DNA of 63,949 nt, counting the filler, from a bacterium (GTDB lineage Bacteria; JAMORN01), in assembly GCA_027063545.1 (NCBI GenBank). It is 8 parts of 8 records of this genome, joined end to end, with 100 filler letters (N's around TTAATTAATTAA, not from the genome) between each part and the next. Parts side by side here need not be neighbours in the genome. Positions count along the whole stretch, not along the records: positions 16,595 to 24,635 come from JAMORN010000124.1; positions 24,736 to 32,767 come from JAMORN010000125.1; 6 more parts are not named here. One strand, written 5' to 3'. Position numbers and translations under genes: made by a program. Position 1 is the first letter of the stretch, and each line of letters opens with the position of its first letter. The notes under the pieces were generated by a model, which worked only from the letters and a program-made list of their open reading frames with translations, was not told where the DNA came from and ran no database searches. Of this stretch, positions 20,634 to 30,996 are shown piece by piece.

Positions 20634-21392
20634 TTAATCTCCTTTTTTTAAATTTAATATTTCCTCTTTTGCTAAAATCTTGGAATAATCAACCTCACAA
20701 TAAGGACATTTTGTCCCAAAATATTCAGTTAACCTATTAATATCACCCTCAATATAACTTACTCCACAACAGATAAGAGTTCCTCTATCTGCTCTTTTTA
20801 ATACTTCCAAAGAATGAGTAATTAAAAGCACTGTTGTTCCTTTTTGTTTAAAAATATTCAACATATTAAAAATGTAGTTAATAGCCTCTATATCTATACC
20901 TGAATCAGGCTCATCAAGAATAACAAGTTTAGGATTTAGTAAATAAATTGCTGCCAACTCAATTCTTTTTCTCTCCCCTCCACTTAATGAATTATCTACA
21001 TATCTATCTATATAACTTCTATAATTTAGACCAACAAGTTCTAAAGCCTCTTTAAATTTTTCTTCATCTTCTTTTTTTAATGAAAGCTTTAAATACTCTT
21101 TAACTTTTATCCCTTCATACCTCACAGGTTCCTGCCACAAAAGTGTAATCCCTAAATTAGCCCTCTGAGTGATATCTAAATTATTAATCTCTTTTCCTTC
21201 AAAAATTATTTTTCCATCAATATCCCTATAGGATGGAATCCCCATCAATGTGTATGCAATCGTACTTTTACCAGCTCCATTTTTACCAACAATTGCATAA
21301 ATCTCTCCTCTATTAATACTAAAATTTACCCTCTGTAAAATATATTTTCCTTCTTTTTCTAATCTAACATCCTTAAATTTCAATAACTCCAT
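20634..21392 (-). CDS. SufC-like ABC ATPase (SmsC type)
   Basis: GKNGAGKST, LSGGERKRIE, LDEPDSGID; C-terminal Cys (CCG...CPYC); adjacent to the SufBD-like gene. Confidence 0.88.
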   Translation of the reverse strand: MELLKFKDVRLEKEGKYILQRVNFSINRGEIYAIVGKNGAGKSTIAYTLMGIPSYRDIDGKIIFEGKEINNLDITQRANLGITLLWQEPVRYEGIKVKEYLKLSLKKEDEEKFKEALELVGLNYRSYIDRYVDNSLSGGERKRIELAAIYLLNPKLVILDEPDSGIDIEAINYIFNMLNIFKQKGTTVLLITHSLEVLKRADRGTLICCGVSYIEGDINRLTEYFGTKCPYCEVDYSKILAKEEILNLKKGD

Positions 21393-21422
21393 CCTTCTCT
21401 CCTTTTTATCTTTAATATTACA

Positions 21423-21451
21423 AAAATAGTGATTTTAATGATATTTGTCAA
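21423..21451 (-). promoter_or_regulatory. Possible sigma70 promoter of the sufC/sufB-like operon
   Basis: Minus strand TTGACA, 17 nt, TATTTT upstream of the AGGAG SD. Confidence 0.4.
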
Positions 21452-21490
21452 GAAAAAAAATAGAAAATAAAGTAATAGAAACAAAAAAAA

Positions 21491-22108
21491 TTAAAATAAT
21501 TTTTGTGTTGAAGAATAAAGATGTTGATTTTTTAAATAGACTGCAAATTCTAAGATAGTATCATAAAGAGCCCTATGTCTATGGGAATTTAAAAAAATTT
21601 TTCTTACCTCTTCATTCTGAGGAAGTATTTCATTATGGATTAGATTATATAACTCCTTATTAACATAGGAAGATAAACCTTTAGGGGTACCTTTAAACTT
21701 TGCTGGTGAAATCTCTTTCCAATCCAAACTCTCTACAAAACTAAAAGTTTCTTTCTCTTCTGCAAAAACAAATAATTTTATTAAAAAAGTTTTATCAAAC
21801 TTATAATTCCATGCGTAAATAGAGTTTTTTAACTTACTATTATATTTTAAAATAAATTCCTTTACTTCTCCAGCAACCTCTTTTATATCTTTTCCCTCTT
21901 TTAAAATCTCTTCATAACTTATCTGATGAATACTAAAAGCCTTTCTTAATCCATCAATATATGTATTTTTATAAAACTCTGGTGGCTTAATTAAAGAAGA
22001 ATAATAATCTATTATCTTATTATTCTCAATCTTAATTATACCAACCTCACAAGGAAAGGAATAAAAACTAAAAGCATGTCCTGTAGTCTCAAAATCAATA
22101 ATAAACAT
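21491..22108 (-). CDS. DEDDh 3'-5' exonuclease (DnaQ-like)
   Basis: IDFETTG, AWNYKFD, HRALYD. Confidence 0.85.
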   Translation of the reverse strand: MFIIDFETTGHAFSFYSFPCEVGIIKIENNKIIDYYSSLIKPPEFYKNTYIDGLRKAFSIHQISYEEILKEGKDIKEVAGEVKEFILKYNSKLKNSIYAWNYKFDKTFLIKLFVFAEEKETFSFVESLDWKEISPAKFKGTPKGLSSYVNKELYNLIHNEILPQNEEVRKIFLNSHRHRALYDTILEFAVYLKNQHLYSSTQKLF

Positions 22109-22155
22109 AAATATTTTCCTTATATTGTTTGCCTTTAATTTAATTAATATAAAAT

Positions 22156-22185
22156 AAAAAAGGGAGGTTTGACAACCTCCCTTTT
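22156..22185 (-). terminator. Intrinsic terminator
   Basis: AAAAGGGAGGTT-TGAC-AACCTCCCTTTT perfect stem with A/T flanks, about 55 nt after the stop at 22239. Confidence 0.85.
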
Positions 22186-22238
22186 GAAAAAAATTTATAA
22201 AATATTTTTATAGATTATTACCTCTCTGATTCTTCTTA

Positions 22239-24599
22239 TTAATCTGCCTCCTCATCAAAAGATTGAGAAGCATTTTGAAGATTTGAATACATTGTCCAAA
22301 TTCCTGATGGACAAACTCCTGCACACATTCCACAACCTATACATACCTCTGGATCACTTACATATTCAAATTCACCATTTCCTAAATCCCTTCTTGTTAT
22401 AGCACCTGTTGGACATGTCTCTAAACACATCCTACAATCTCTACACCAACCACAAGATACACAAAGTTGAGATTCTAAATCTTTATCAAATGCTTTATCT
22501 CTATTCTTTGTCTTTCTATATAATTTAAAGTAATCTGTATGAAGTCTATTTTTATCTATTCCCTTTCTTTCGGGCTTTTTATACTCTTTTCCATTTAAAT
22601 ACGCATCTATTGATCTTGCTACCTGATAACCTGTTCCAATAGCATCTGTTATTAATCCCGGTATTATAGTATCACCAACAGCAAATACTTTTGGATCTGA
22701 AGGTATTTGATATTTATCATTTACCTTTATTGTTCTTCTCTCTGTTATATCCTCTTTATCTAAGAAAGATAAATCTGGAGATTCTCCAATAGAAATAAAT
22801 ACTGTATCTGCCTCTAAAAATCTTCCATCCTTCAACTTAACACCATTTTCTGTAATTTCTTCTGCAGAAGCCGGCCATATTATTGTTGCTCCAAGCTCTA
22901 AAAGTCTGTCCATTTCATGTTGATAAGCCTTTGGTTTAGCAATATCAATAAATGTTACATGCTTTGCGCCATGTTTGTAAGCCTCATAACCTACATCCAT
23001 AGCAGCATTACCAGCACCTATTACAACAACCTTTTCTCCTACCTTAACCTTTTCACCTCTATTAACCTTCTTTAAGAAATCAAGTCCTTTTATAATTCTC
23101 TCTCCTCCTGGTATAGGAATCACTCTTGGATCATGGGCACCAACTGCTACAACTACTGCATCAAATTCTTTTTTTAGCTTTAAATACAACTCTCTATCAA
23201 CCTCTGTATTTGTATGAACCTTTATACCTACTTCATAAATCATTCTTATCTCTCTCTCAAGAACCCTTTCTGGAAGCCTATCCTTAGGAATAGCATAGTA
23301 CATTTTACCACCTAATTTCTCTTCCTTCTCATAAATATGAACCTCATAACCCATTCTTCTAAGTTGCCATGCTACAGAAATTCCTCCTGGACCACCCCCA
23401 ATTACTACTACCTTTTTGCCATTATATGGAGGCATCGCTGGAGTTTCTCTTTCAAGAGCTGCCTGACCAAGCCTTTTTATATCAATAGGCTCATCAAAAT
23501 CACCTCTAGTACATTCCATCATACAAAGATTTGGACACACCTCTCCACAAACACTTGCAGGAAATGGAGAATACTCAAGTATTAAATCAACAGCATCCTT
23601 ATACCTTCCCTCTCTAATTAATTTTGTTCTCTTCTGAGTTGGAATAAATGAAGGACAAGCAAAATTACAAGGAGCCATGTATTTACCATTTTCCCACATT
23701 GGGTATCTAAGTCTATTCTTACCCCTATTTACTAATGCAATCTTCTCTCCTGTATCATAAAATACATCAGAGAAAATTCCTCCTTCAACCCACTTGGTCT
23801 CTCTAAACTCTTTAACAGAAATATGTTTTGCCTTCTTTTCTAATTCCTTTTCTTCATGACTCTTTGGAATAATTTTATGCCACTCATTCCAATCTTTAGT
23901 TAATTCATCATATAATTCTGTCTTTTCAATTTTTTCTAAAAATTCCTTTAAGCCATTTTTTAAAAACTCTATATCATTCTCATCTAGTGGAAATACCCTC
24001 ACATCATTCTCAGAAATTCCCTTAGCATTCCCTCTAAAATATACCTTTCCTCCAATCATACCAACACATGCTCTATCTCCCAAAACACTATCTCTATCGC
24101 TATCCCAACCACAAACAACTGCAATACCCCCACCCATAAACTCAAAACTAAAAGAACCAACATTCTTTAATATCCAAAGTTCTGGAGGATCTTTCTTAGG
24201 ATCATGCTTCATTAAAGCACCTGTTCTTGTTCCTGCTCTACCACCTACATAAATTTTTCCACCTGCGGCAGCATGTCCAGTTGTATCACCACCATCACCC
24301 TTTAATATTATTGTCGCTCCTGAATTTAACCATCCTACATCAGCAGGAGCAGATCCCTCTATTTCAATAGTTGTACCTTCCATTCCCATTGATCCAACAC
24401 GTTGACCAGGATTATGTATCTTAAAATATAAAGGCTTACCTTCTTTATTCCACCAAGGACCTCCTATATCATGCTGACCTTCAGCAAAAATTTCAAATTC
24501 TGTTTCATCTTCATCTAAAGCCTTATATATTTGTTCAAGTAAAGCCTGAGTTGAAATTCTTCTCTTAGTTTCAGGATCATAACCATATATTACTCTCAT
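22239..24599 (-). CDS. Glutamate-synthase-related fusion: GXGXG (GltB C-terminal) + GltD-like FAD/NAD(P) oxidoreductase + 2x[4Fe-4S]
   Basis: GQHDIGG/GQRVGSMG/EFMGGG repeats; APCNFACP, CGEVCPNLCMMEC, IGGGPGG, IGAGNAAMD; C-terminal CVSCGWCRDCRMC and CIGCGMCAGVCP. Start placed after the GGGAGG SD. Confidence 0.87.
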   Translation of the reverse strand: MRVIYGYDPETKRRISTQALLEQIYKALDEDETEFEIFAEGQHDIGGPWWNKEGKPLYFKIHNPGQRVGSMGMEGTTIEIEGSAPADVGWLNSGATIILKGDGGDTTGHAAAGGKIYVGGRAGTRTGALMKHDPKKDPPELWILKNVGSFSFEFMGGGIAVVCGWDSDRDSVLGDRACVGMIGGKVYFRGNAKGISENDVRVFPLDENDIEFLKNGLKEFLEKIEKTELYDELTKDWNEWHKIIPKSHEEKELEKKAKHISVKEFRETKWVEGGIFSDVFYDTGEKIALVNRGKNRLRYPMWENGKYMAPCNFACPSFIPTQKRTKLIREGRYKDAVDLILEYSPFPASVCGEVCPNLCMMECTRGDFDEPIDIKRLGQAALERETPAMPPYNGKKVVVIGGGPGGISVAWQLRRMGYEVHIYEKEEKLGGKMYYAIPKDRLPERVLEREIRMIYEVGIKVHTNTEVDRELYLKLKKEFDAVVVAVGAHDPRVIPIPGGERIIKGLDFLKKVNRGEKVKVGEKVVVIGAGNAAMDVGYEAYKHGAKHVTFIDIAKPKAYQHEMDRLLELGATIIWPASAEEITENGVKLKDGRFLEADTVFISIGESPDLSFLDKEDITERRTIKVNDKYQIPSDPKVFAVGDTIIPGLITDAIGTGYQVARSIDAYLNGKEYKKPERKGIDKNRLHTDYFKLYRKTKNRDKAFDKDLESQLCVSCGWCRDCRMCLETCPTGAITRRDLGNGEFEYVSDPEVCIGCGMCAGVCPSGIWTMYSNLQNASQSFDEEAD

Positions 24600-24635
24600 C
24601 TTTTTATTTCCTCCCATTAAATTTTTTAACTAGCA

Positions 24636-24735
24636 NNNNNNNNNNNNNNNNNNNNNNNNNNNNNNNNNNNNNNNNNNNNTTAATTAATTAANNNNNNNNN
24701 NNNNNNNNNNNNNNNNNNNNNNNNNNNNNNNNNNN
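24636..24735. other. Artificial contig linker
   Basis: N44-TTAATTAATTAA-N44. Confidence 0.97.
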
Positions 24736-24831
24736 ACCACAGCTTCATAAAGAGGCATTTGTATTCCCTTATTTTATTGAAAAACAATTATAGATTAAAC
24801 ATAGAAGAAATATAGGAAATAGGGGGATAAA

Positions 24832-25398
24832 ATGAGGGGGAGTTTTTTATTTTTCTTTATATTCTTATTTTTATTAGAAATAGTTTATGCACAAAACTTA
24901 GAGACAAAACAAACATCTCATATTGGATTTTGGGGAAGTATGGGTTCCAGTATAAATAAAGATTTAAGTGGAGGTTTTGGATTTAGACTAGCAATGTTAG
25001 CTTTTAATGTTGGGTTTATAGATGACCAACAGATTCCTTATAGTCAGATTATAGATTATCCAATAGAAAGTAATTATACATATTTAGGGAAATATAAAGT
25101 TCAACCTACTTGGGGATTTGATATTATTTATTATCCTAGAATTTTAGATAAGTCTTTTTATTCAATAGGGATAGAAACAGGGATTTATTTTCAAGAATAT
25201 GCTAAAATAGCTCAATCTAATGTAAGTGAACTTTTATATAATCAGGGTTCTGAGTATAAAACTTTAGTAGGGGTTGGGATAGCCTATGAGATATATATTA
25301 CAATGGTAGAAGATGAATATGCAAAATGGTGTTTTCTTTTAGGTATTGAAGCTCATTCAGTAAGAGGAATAAACATAAAAGTAGGGTTAGGAATATAA
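24832..25398 (+). CDS. Secreted protein, probable small outer-membrane beta-barrel
   Basis: Signal peptide (VYA-Q), alternating amphipathic strands, terminal GINIKVGLGI. Confidence 0.6.
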   Translation: MRGSFLFFFIFLFLLEIVYAQNLETKQTSHIGFWGSMGSSINKDLSGGFGFRLAMLAFNVGFIDDQQIPYSQIIDYPIESNYTYLGKYKVQPTWGFDIIYYPRILDKSFYSIGIETGIYFQEYAKIAQSNVSELLYNQGSEYKTLVGVGIAYEIYITMVEDEYAKWCFLLGIEAHSVRGINIKVGLGI

Positions 25399-27792
25399 AG
25401 AATTTTTGAATATTTTTATATATAAATTAGTTGGGTCACCATCAGTTTCTTCAAAGATAATAAGAGAATTGTTTTTCTTTTTTAAAAGACCTGCAGGTAA
25501 ATAATATCCTCTTAATTTTTCGAAACCTTTATTGTAATATCTTCCAATATTTACTCCATTTAAGAATAAAACTCCAGAATATAATGTTGATTTTTCCATA
25601 TAAACTCTTAATCTAGTTATAATATTTGAAGTATCAATAAAATCTAAATCAAAAAAGAATTTAAATATTCTTAAGTTTCTAAAAGTTTGATTACTAAATT
25701 TATCAATAAGAGATTCTCGCTTTTCTATACAAATTCCCGGAAGATGATAAAATGTTGGAAGAATCTCTAAATTTAATTTATTATCTATTTCAAAATATTT
25801 GCATAAATTAGCCTCTTTAAATGTAACATTTCCCACATCATACCCTTTATATCTTCCCCAAGATTTTAAAAGTATATCTATTTTATTTATTCCTTTTTCT
25901 AGAATTATGGTAAAATTATATGGTATTTTAGAATCTATTCTCCCATCAAAAAGAGGAGGAATCTCTGAATAATTTATAAATTTATTATTTACAAAAATAA
26001 ATATTTGATCTTTTATATCTTTAAAAAAGAATGTTTTTGTCTGTTTAATATTAGATTTTATATAAAATCTATACCATCCATAATCTGTAGTATTATCTGT
26101 AAATTCCTCTAATAAAAGAAGTCTATCCTCCTTTTGAAAAAAATTATCATCAAGCAGTACCTCAATAGCCCCATTTTTTACAATAGGATTTTTAAGTTCT
26201 ATTTTTTCAGGGATATTATTTACTGATATATTTATTTCAAAAGATTGGAGATTTTTTTCTATTTTTAATTTTTCTTTAAACTCATTTTTTATTTGATAAG
26301 TTATAGGATTTCTATTTATATGATGATCTACTTTAGGAGTTAGTAAGTATTTATTTTCCTCCAGAAGAATAGCATCTGTTATATAAAAATTATGTTTTTT
26401 ATCAATATAAAATTTATATGCCATATTTTGAGATAAAATTAAAACAGAAACCTTTTTATTTAGATATGATATTTTTATTAGATTTTTATAATTATCATCA
26501 GTAATATGCTCTTCAAAAACTTTTCCTAAAACCTCAAATTTAACTTTATTTCCTACTTTATTATACAATACAATTGTATCTTGGGTTTTATATAATATAT
26601 TCCCCGCAATATAATTAAAAGTAATCCCGTTTATATTAAGATTAAAAACAACCATTATAGGATTCTCTGGAGAAAATTCCATACCTATGTTATAGCCAAA
26701 TATTTTATCAATTTCTCCTTCTTGTTCTAAAGAAAATAGAAATTTTACCCCCTCTTTATTTGAAAAAAGAAATTTATATCCTTTTTCTAAGTTACTATCA
26801 TAATCTCCTTTTTCATTTAAAAATGCTTTACTATCAGCTATATATTCCATAAAAGAAGATATAAAATAGTTTATAAGTTTTGTTTCATAGAATAGTATAG
26901 TAGGAATACCCATTTCATTTAAAGGTGCTTCCCCAAGTTCATAACAAGTAGGAAAGCCATACGCAGATGTATATCCAAAGTTGGTTCCACCTGTAAATAA
27001 ATAATATGTAAAGCCATCTACTCCTCGTGCAAGTCCTTCATATATTTTGCTTCTAAAATTAATTGCTGCTTGAGCTTCACCAGGTTCCTCTCCCCATCTA
27101 TAAAGCCATCCCATCCATAATTCTGTATTATGATAAAGTTTTTTTCCATCCCCATATGTTAAAGCACCTTGATGATACATACCTGATTCTATTAGTATTA
27201 TATCATCAAGCCTTTCTTGTAGATAGTCCCTTAATATATCTAAATATTTTCTAGACTCTTCCCATAATACCTCATTTTCATATTGAATAGCTACAATAGG
27301 TCCGCCTTTTGAAATAGTGTAATCTTTTATGATATCAATTACTTTATCATAATATCTTAAAACAAGTTTTAAATACTCTTCATCATATACTCTTAATTTT
27401 ACATTTTTTTTACATAAATATTTAGGATAACCACCAGCATCTCTTTCAGAATTAGAATAAGGTCCTATTCTTAATATTAAATAAAATCCATGCTCTTTTA
27501 CCTTTTTTATAAATAATTCTAGATTTCTCCATAGTGTTTTAAAATCAAAAACCCCATCATCTATTTCATGTTCATGCCAAAATAAATATGTTTGAATTGT
27601 ATTTAGACCGTTTATCTTTGCAAGTTTTAATCTAAAATCCCATTCATCAGGATGTATTCTGTAGAAATGAAATGCACCTGCAATGATAAAAACTCTTTTT
27701 CCATCTATTTTATATGATATATTATCAAAATCCACAAATTTATTATTTTTAGGTGGAAAAATTTTACTTATAAAATGTCCGCCTGCGTCCAT
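25387..27792 (-). CDS. Glycoside hydrolase family 35 beta-galactosidase
   Basis: GAFHFYRIHP, GLNTIQTY, LRIGPY, GGPIVAIQYENE, ELWMGW, GGTNFG, NGVNIGRY. Confidence 0.9.
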   Translation of the reverse strand: MDAGGHFISKIFPPKNNKFVDFDNISYKIDGKRVFIIAGAFHFYRIHPDEWDFRLKLAKINGLNTIQTYLFWHEHEIDDGVFDFKTLWRNLELFIKKVKEHGFYLILRIGPYSNSERDAGGYPKYLCKKNVKLRVYDEEYLKLVLRYYDKVIDIIKDYTISKGGPIVAIQYENEVLWEESRKYLDILRDYLQERLDDIILIESGMYHQGALTYGDGKKLYHNTELWMGWLYRWGEEPGEAQAAINFRSKIYEGLARGVDGFTYYLFTGGTNFGYTSAYGFPTCYELGEAPLNEMGIPTILFYETKLINYFISSFMEYIADSKAFLNEKGDYDSNLEKGYKFLFSNKEGVKFLFSLEQEGEIDKIFGYNIGMEFSPENPIMVVFNLNINGITFNYIAGNILYKTQDTIVLYNKVGNKVKFEVLGKVFEEHITDDNYKNLIKISYLNKKVSVLILSQNMAYKFYIDKKHNFYITDAILLEENKYLLTPKVDHHINRNPITYQIKNEFKEKLKIEKNLQSFEINISVNNIPEKIELKNPIVKNGAIEVLLDDNFFQKEDRLLLLEEFTDNTTDYGWYRFYIKSNIKQTKTFFFKDIKDQIFIFVNNKFINYSEIPPLFDGRIDSKIPYNFTIILEKGINKIDILLKSWGRYKGYDVGNVTFKEANLCKYFEIDNKLNLEILPTFYHLPGICIEKRESLIDKFSNQTFRNLRIFKFFFDLDFIDTSNIITRLRVYMEKSTLYSGVLFLNGVNIGRYYNKGFEKLRGYYLPAGLLKKKNNSLIIFEETDGDPTNLYIKIFKNSLYS

Positions 27793-27807
27793 AACTCTAT
27801 AATATTT

Positions 27808-28758
27808 TTATAGCCATCGTTTTTTTATAAAATATATTGTCACAATAGAAGTACCTACGAGAGAGATTATAAGTATTATCCAGAAAGCAAATGGATGATT
27901 TTGTAATGGTAAATTAACATTCATTCCATATAAAGATGCAACAAGTGTAGGAAACATTAAAATTATTGTTACAGAGGTTAAAAATTTCATTACAGAGTTT
28001 AATCTATTTGAAATTATTGATGAAAAATAGTCACTTAAGCTTTTTATATTATAAACAAACACACTAGCCATTTCTATTGCCTGTTTATTTTCTATAATTA
28101 TATCATCAAGTATATCCTCATCTTCTTCATACATTCTTATAATCTTTGCTTTTTGAATTTTTTCAAGAAGGAGTTCATTCCCTCTTAAAGAGGTTAAAAA
28201 TATATGAAGACTTCTTTCTAATCTCATAAGCTTAATTAAAGTATCATCTTTCATATCTCTATAAAATTCTTGCTCTACCTCATATATCCTTTTATCAATT
28301 TCTTTAATATAGTTAAGATAATATTTTAAAGAAATAGAAATGATCTGTAAGATAAATCTACTTCTTTTTGATGTATAAAAGTCTTTTACATTACCATTTA
28401 TAAATTCATAAAGAATTTCTGTAGGTTTTTGACAAACGGTTATAATATAATCTTTTTTTAGGATAATTCCCAAAGGAATAGTATAAAAGGTAGATTCATT
28501 TTCCTTTTCTTCATAAACAGGTATTCTATAAATAATCAAAATACCCTCATCTTCAATCTCAACACGAGGTCTTTCATTTATATCTAAGGAGTCTATAATA
28601 AAATATTCTGGAATATTTAACTCTTGAGCAAGCTTAGGTATATCATTAGGCTTAGGAGCAATAATATTAAGCCATGAACCTGTTTGAATTTCAGATGTAG
28701 TTACTTCACAACGTCTTAAAGAGTTATCTTCATGGGTTTTTTTATAAACATCAAGCAT
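27808..28758 (-). CDS. corA: CorA family Mg2+ transporter
   Basis: YGMN signature and two C-terminal TM helices. Confidence 0.93.
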   Translation of the reverse strand: MLDVYKKTHEDNSLRRCEVTTSEIQTGSWLNIIAPKPNDIPKLAQELNIPEYFIIDSLDINERPRVEIEDEGILIIYRIPVYEEKENESTFYTIPLGIILKKDYIITVCQKPTEILYEFINGNVKDFYTSKRSRFILQIISISLKYYLNYIKEIDKRIYEVEQEFYRDMKDDTLIKLMRLERSLHIFLTSLRGNELLLEKIQKAKIIRMYEEDEDILDDIIIENKQAIEMASVFVYNIKSLSDYFSSIISNRLNSVMKFLTSVTIILMFPTLVASLYGMNVNLPLQNHPFAFWIILIISLVGTSIVTIYFIKKRWL

Positions 28759-28764
28759 AGTTTT

Positions 28765-29091
28765 TTACTTCTTTTCAAGTTTTCTAGCTACAGCATTTTT
28801 TGTAATAGTTATTAAAACATTAGGGGCTATTTCAATTTGAAGAGAATCATCTCTTACATCTTTTATTGTACCAAATATTCCACCAATAGTGACAATTCTG
28901 TCACCTTTTTTTAGAGAATTTCTCATTTCTTCAATTTTCTTTTGCTCTTTTTTTTGAGGAAGAATTATAAAGAAATACATAATAACAAAAACCAATATAA
29001 AAGGAAGTAATAGACCTAATATACTAGGTTGTTGAGGTTGGGCTTGATTTGTTTGAGCATATAAATCTGTTATAAAACTAAAAAAATACAT
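28765..29091 (-). CDS. yajC: Preprotein translocase subunit YajC
   Basis: MYFFIILPQKK, LKKGDRIVTIGGIFG. Confidence 0.95.
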   Translation of the reverse strand: MYFFSFITDLYAQTNQAQPQQPSILGLLLPFILVFVIMYFFIILPQKKEQKKIEEMRNSLKKGDRIVTIGGIFGTIKDVRDDSLQIEIAPNVLITITKNAVARKLEKK

Positions 29092-29121
29092 CTAAATCTC
29101 CTTTTTTATTTATTTATTTAT

Positions 29122-29718
29122 TTATTTTAAATATCTACTTCCTGGTTTTATCGCAGGACCGTATTTTTTTAAATCTTTACACATAGGACATTCTTCAGGT
29201 TTATAAGTTTTAGCATTAACTTTTATTAGATAAAAGTATTTTGTATCAAAATTAGGATCCTCATTTGCTCTATTTACCAAAGATACAACACCTAATATAT
29301 TAACTTTATATTCATTTTTTATTAAGTCAATTACCTCTTTTACACTACCACCTGTTGTAATAACATCTTCAGCGATTAAGACATTTTCTCCTTCTTTTAA
29401 ATTGAATCCTCTCCTTAAAGTCATTTTTCCGTTTTCTCTTTCTGTAAAAATATTTCTTTTTTTAAGTTGTCTAGATATTTCATAGCCGATTATTACTCCT
29501 CCCATAGCAGGAGATACTATAGTATCTATCTTATTTTTTATATCCTCAGGAATTTTTTTAATTAATTCTTCTACTAAAATTTTACCATATTCTGGATATT
29601 GGAACACTTTTGCCATTTGAAAATATCTATTAGAATGCAATCCTGATGAGAGTTGGAAGTGGCCTTCAAGTAAAGCACCTGCTTTTTTTAATATGTCTAA
29701 AATTTCTTCATCTCTCAT
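29122..29718 (-). CDS. pyrE: Orotate phosphoribosyltransferase
   Basis: GHFQLSSGLHS, AEDVITTGGS, KPGSR. Start placed at ATG29718 after GGAGA. Confidence 0.95.
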   Translation of the reverse strand: MRDEEILDILKKAGALLEGHFQLSSGLHSNRYFQMAKVFQYPEYGKILVEELIKKIPEDIKNKIDTIVSPAMGGVIIGYEISRQLKKRNIFTERENGKMTLRRGFNLKEGENVLIAEDVITTGGSVKEVIDLIKNEYKVNILGVVSLVNRANEDPNFDTKYFYLIKVNAKTYKPEECPMCKDLKKYGPAIKPGSRYLK

Positions 29719-29809
29719 ATATTTTTTCTCCATTTTTAAATTAAACAATTTGATTTTAAAATAAAAAAAAAATATCTTATTTAAAAGTTTAAATTTTATA
29801 AAAAATATT

Positions 29810-30019
29810 ATGATAGATTGGATAGGTTTTTCTTTAAACATTCTTGTTATAATTGTATTAATATTTATAGCTCTATTATATACTATGATAGCAATAAGAA
29901 TGCAGATATTAATAAGAAGAATAGATAAAATTATAGAGTTATTCCCAGAGGTTATAGATTTAAAAGAAGAATATCTTGATCTAAAAGAAACTTATCGTCA
30001 ATTAAAAGAAGAAGAGTAG
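29810..30019 (+). CDS. Small single-TM hypothetical protein
   Basis: 69-aa ORF divergent from pyrE, with a hydrophobic N-half and a charged tail. Confidence 0.55.
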   Translation: MIDWIGFSLNILVIIVLIFIALLYTMIAIRMQILIRRIDKIIELFPEVIDLKEEYLDLKETYRQLKEEE

Positions 30020-30993
30020 TAAATAGTATCTTTTTTATTTATTAAAATAACTCTTGTGGAATCAGGTAATTTTTTTAGAAGTTCAGGAGAATATTTTATG
30101 CTTAAAACAGTTGCCCATATATCAGCCATTATTGGATTTGGTGTTATAACAGTAGAGGAATTAAACTCTTCTTGAGGGTACCCAGATCTAGGGTTTATTA
30201 TATGAGAAAATTTTTTACCATTTATTAAATAAAATCTTTCATAGTCTCCACTTGTTGCAATTGCAGTGTTTTTTAGATACAATATTTTAAATATTTTTTG
30301 TTTGTTAAATGGATCTTTTATTCCTATTTTAAAAGGCTTATCATTTTTTGATGTCAGATATATATCACCACCAGCATTTATTATATAATATTTTATACCA
30401 AGAGAATCTAACTTTTTCTTTGATATATAAAGAGCATAACCTTTGGCTATAGCCCCAAAATCTAGGCCCATAAACTTTTTCTTTAAAAATATTTCTTTAG
30501 TAGAATCTATTAAGATTATATTATTCATATTGCATAACGCTTTATATCTTTTAATAGTACATTTACAAGGCATTTTTCCGACTTTTGCATATCTTTTCCA
30601 AATTTTAATTATAGGATCAAGAGCTATATTAAAAAGGTCAGAGATGCTATCATGAAAAGTTTTTGATATTTTAACAATTTCGTAAGTATATGGAGATACT
30701 TTTACAAATTTTTTACCAGCATATAATTTAAGTTTTGCTAAATCACTTTTAGATGAATACGGATTAAAGAGACTATCAAGAATATCAAAAGTGTTATATA
30801 CTACTTTTATACCTTTAAAGGCTTTATTTTGATCTTGGTCATATATTTTGACTTCAATAATTGTATTCATAGATACAAAAGAAAGCTGAGCTGTAGGCAG
30901 ATTTTTAAAAAAAGTATAGTGAAATATTAATACGAATAAAATTAAAAGGATAACAATTCCTGAGACTAAAATAATATTTTTTTTATTTTCCAT
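29998..30993 (-). CDS. apbE: FAD:protein FMN transferase (ApbE)
   Basis: DFGAIAKGYA, NAGGDI, ATSGDYER, SHIINPRSG, ADIWAT. Confidence 0.93.
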   Translation of the reverse strand: MENKKNIILVSGIVILLILFVLIFHYTFFKNLPTAQLSFVSMNTIIEVKIYDQDQNKAFKGIKVVYNTFDILDSLFNPYSSKSDLAKLKLYAGKKFVKVSPYTYEIVKISKTFHDSISDLFNIALDPIIKIWKRYAKVGKMPCKCTIKRYKALCNMNNIILIDSTKEIFLKKKFMGLDFGAIAKGYALYISKKKLDSLGIKYYIINAGGDIYLTSKNDKPFKIGIKDPFNKQKIFKILYLKNTAIATSGDYERFYLINGKKFSHIINPRSGYPQEEFNSSTVITPNPIMADIWATVLSIKYSPELLKKLPDSTRVILINKKDTIYYSSSFN

Positions 30994-30996
30994 TTT

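Noticed and set aside
24736-24758. Minus-strand start MPLYEAV after an AAGGGA SD (possible rpsF or similar)
   Set aside because: Only 7 codons before the linker; the product cannot be assigned.
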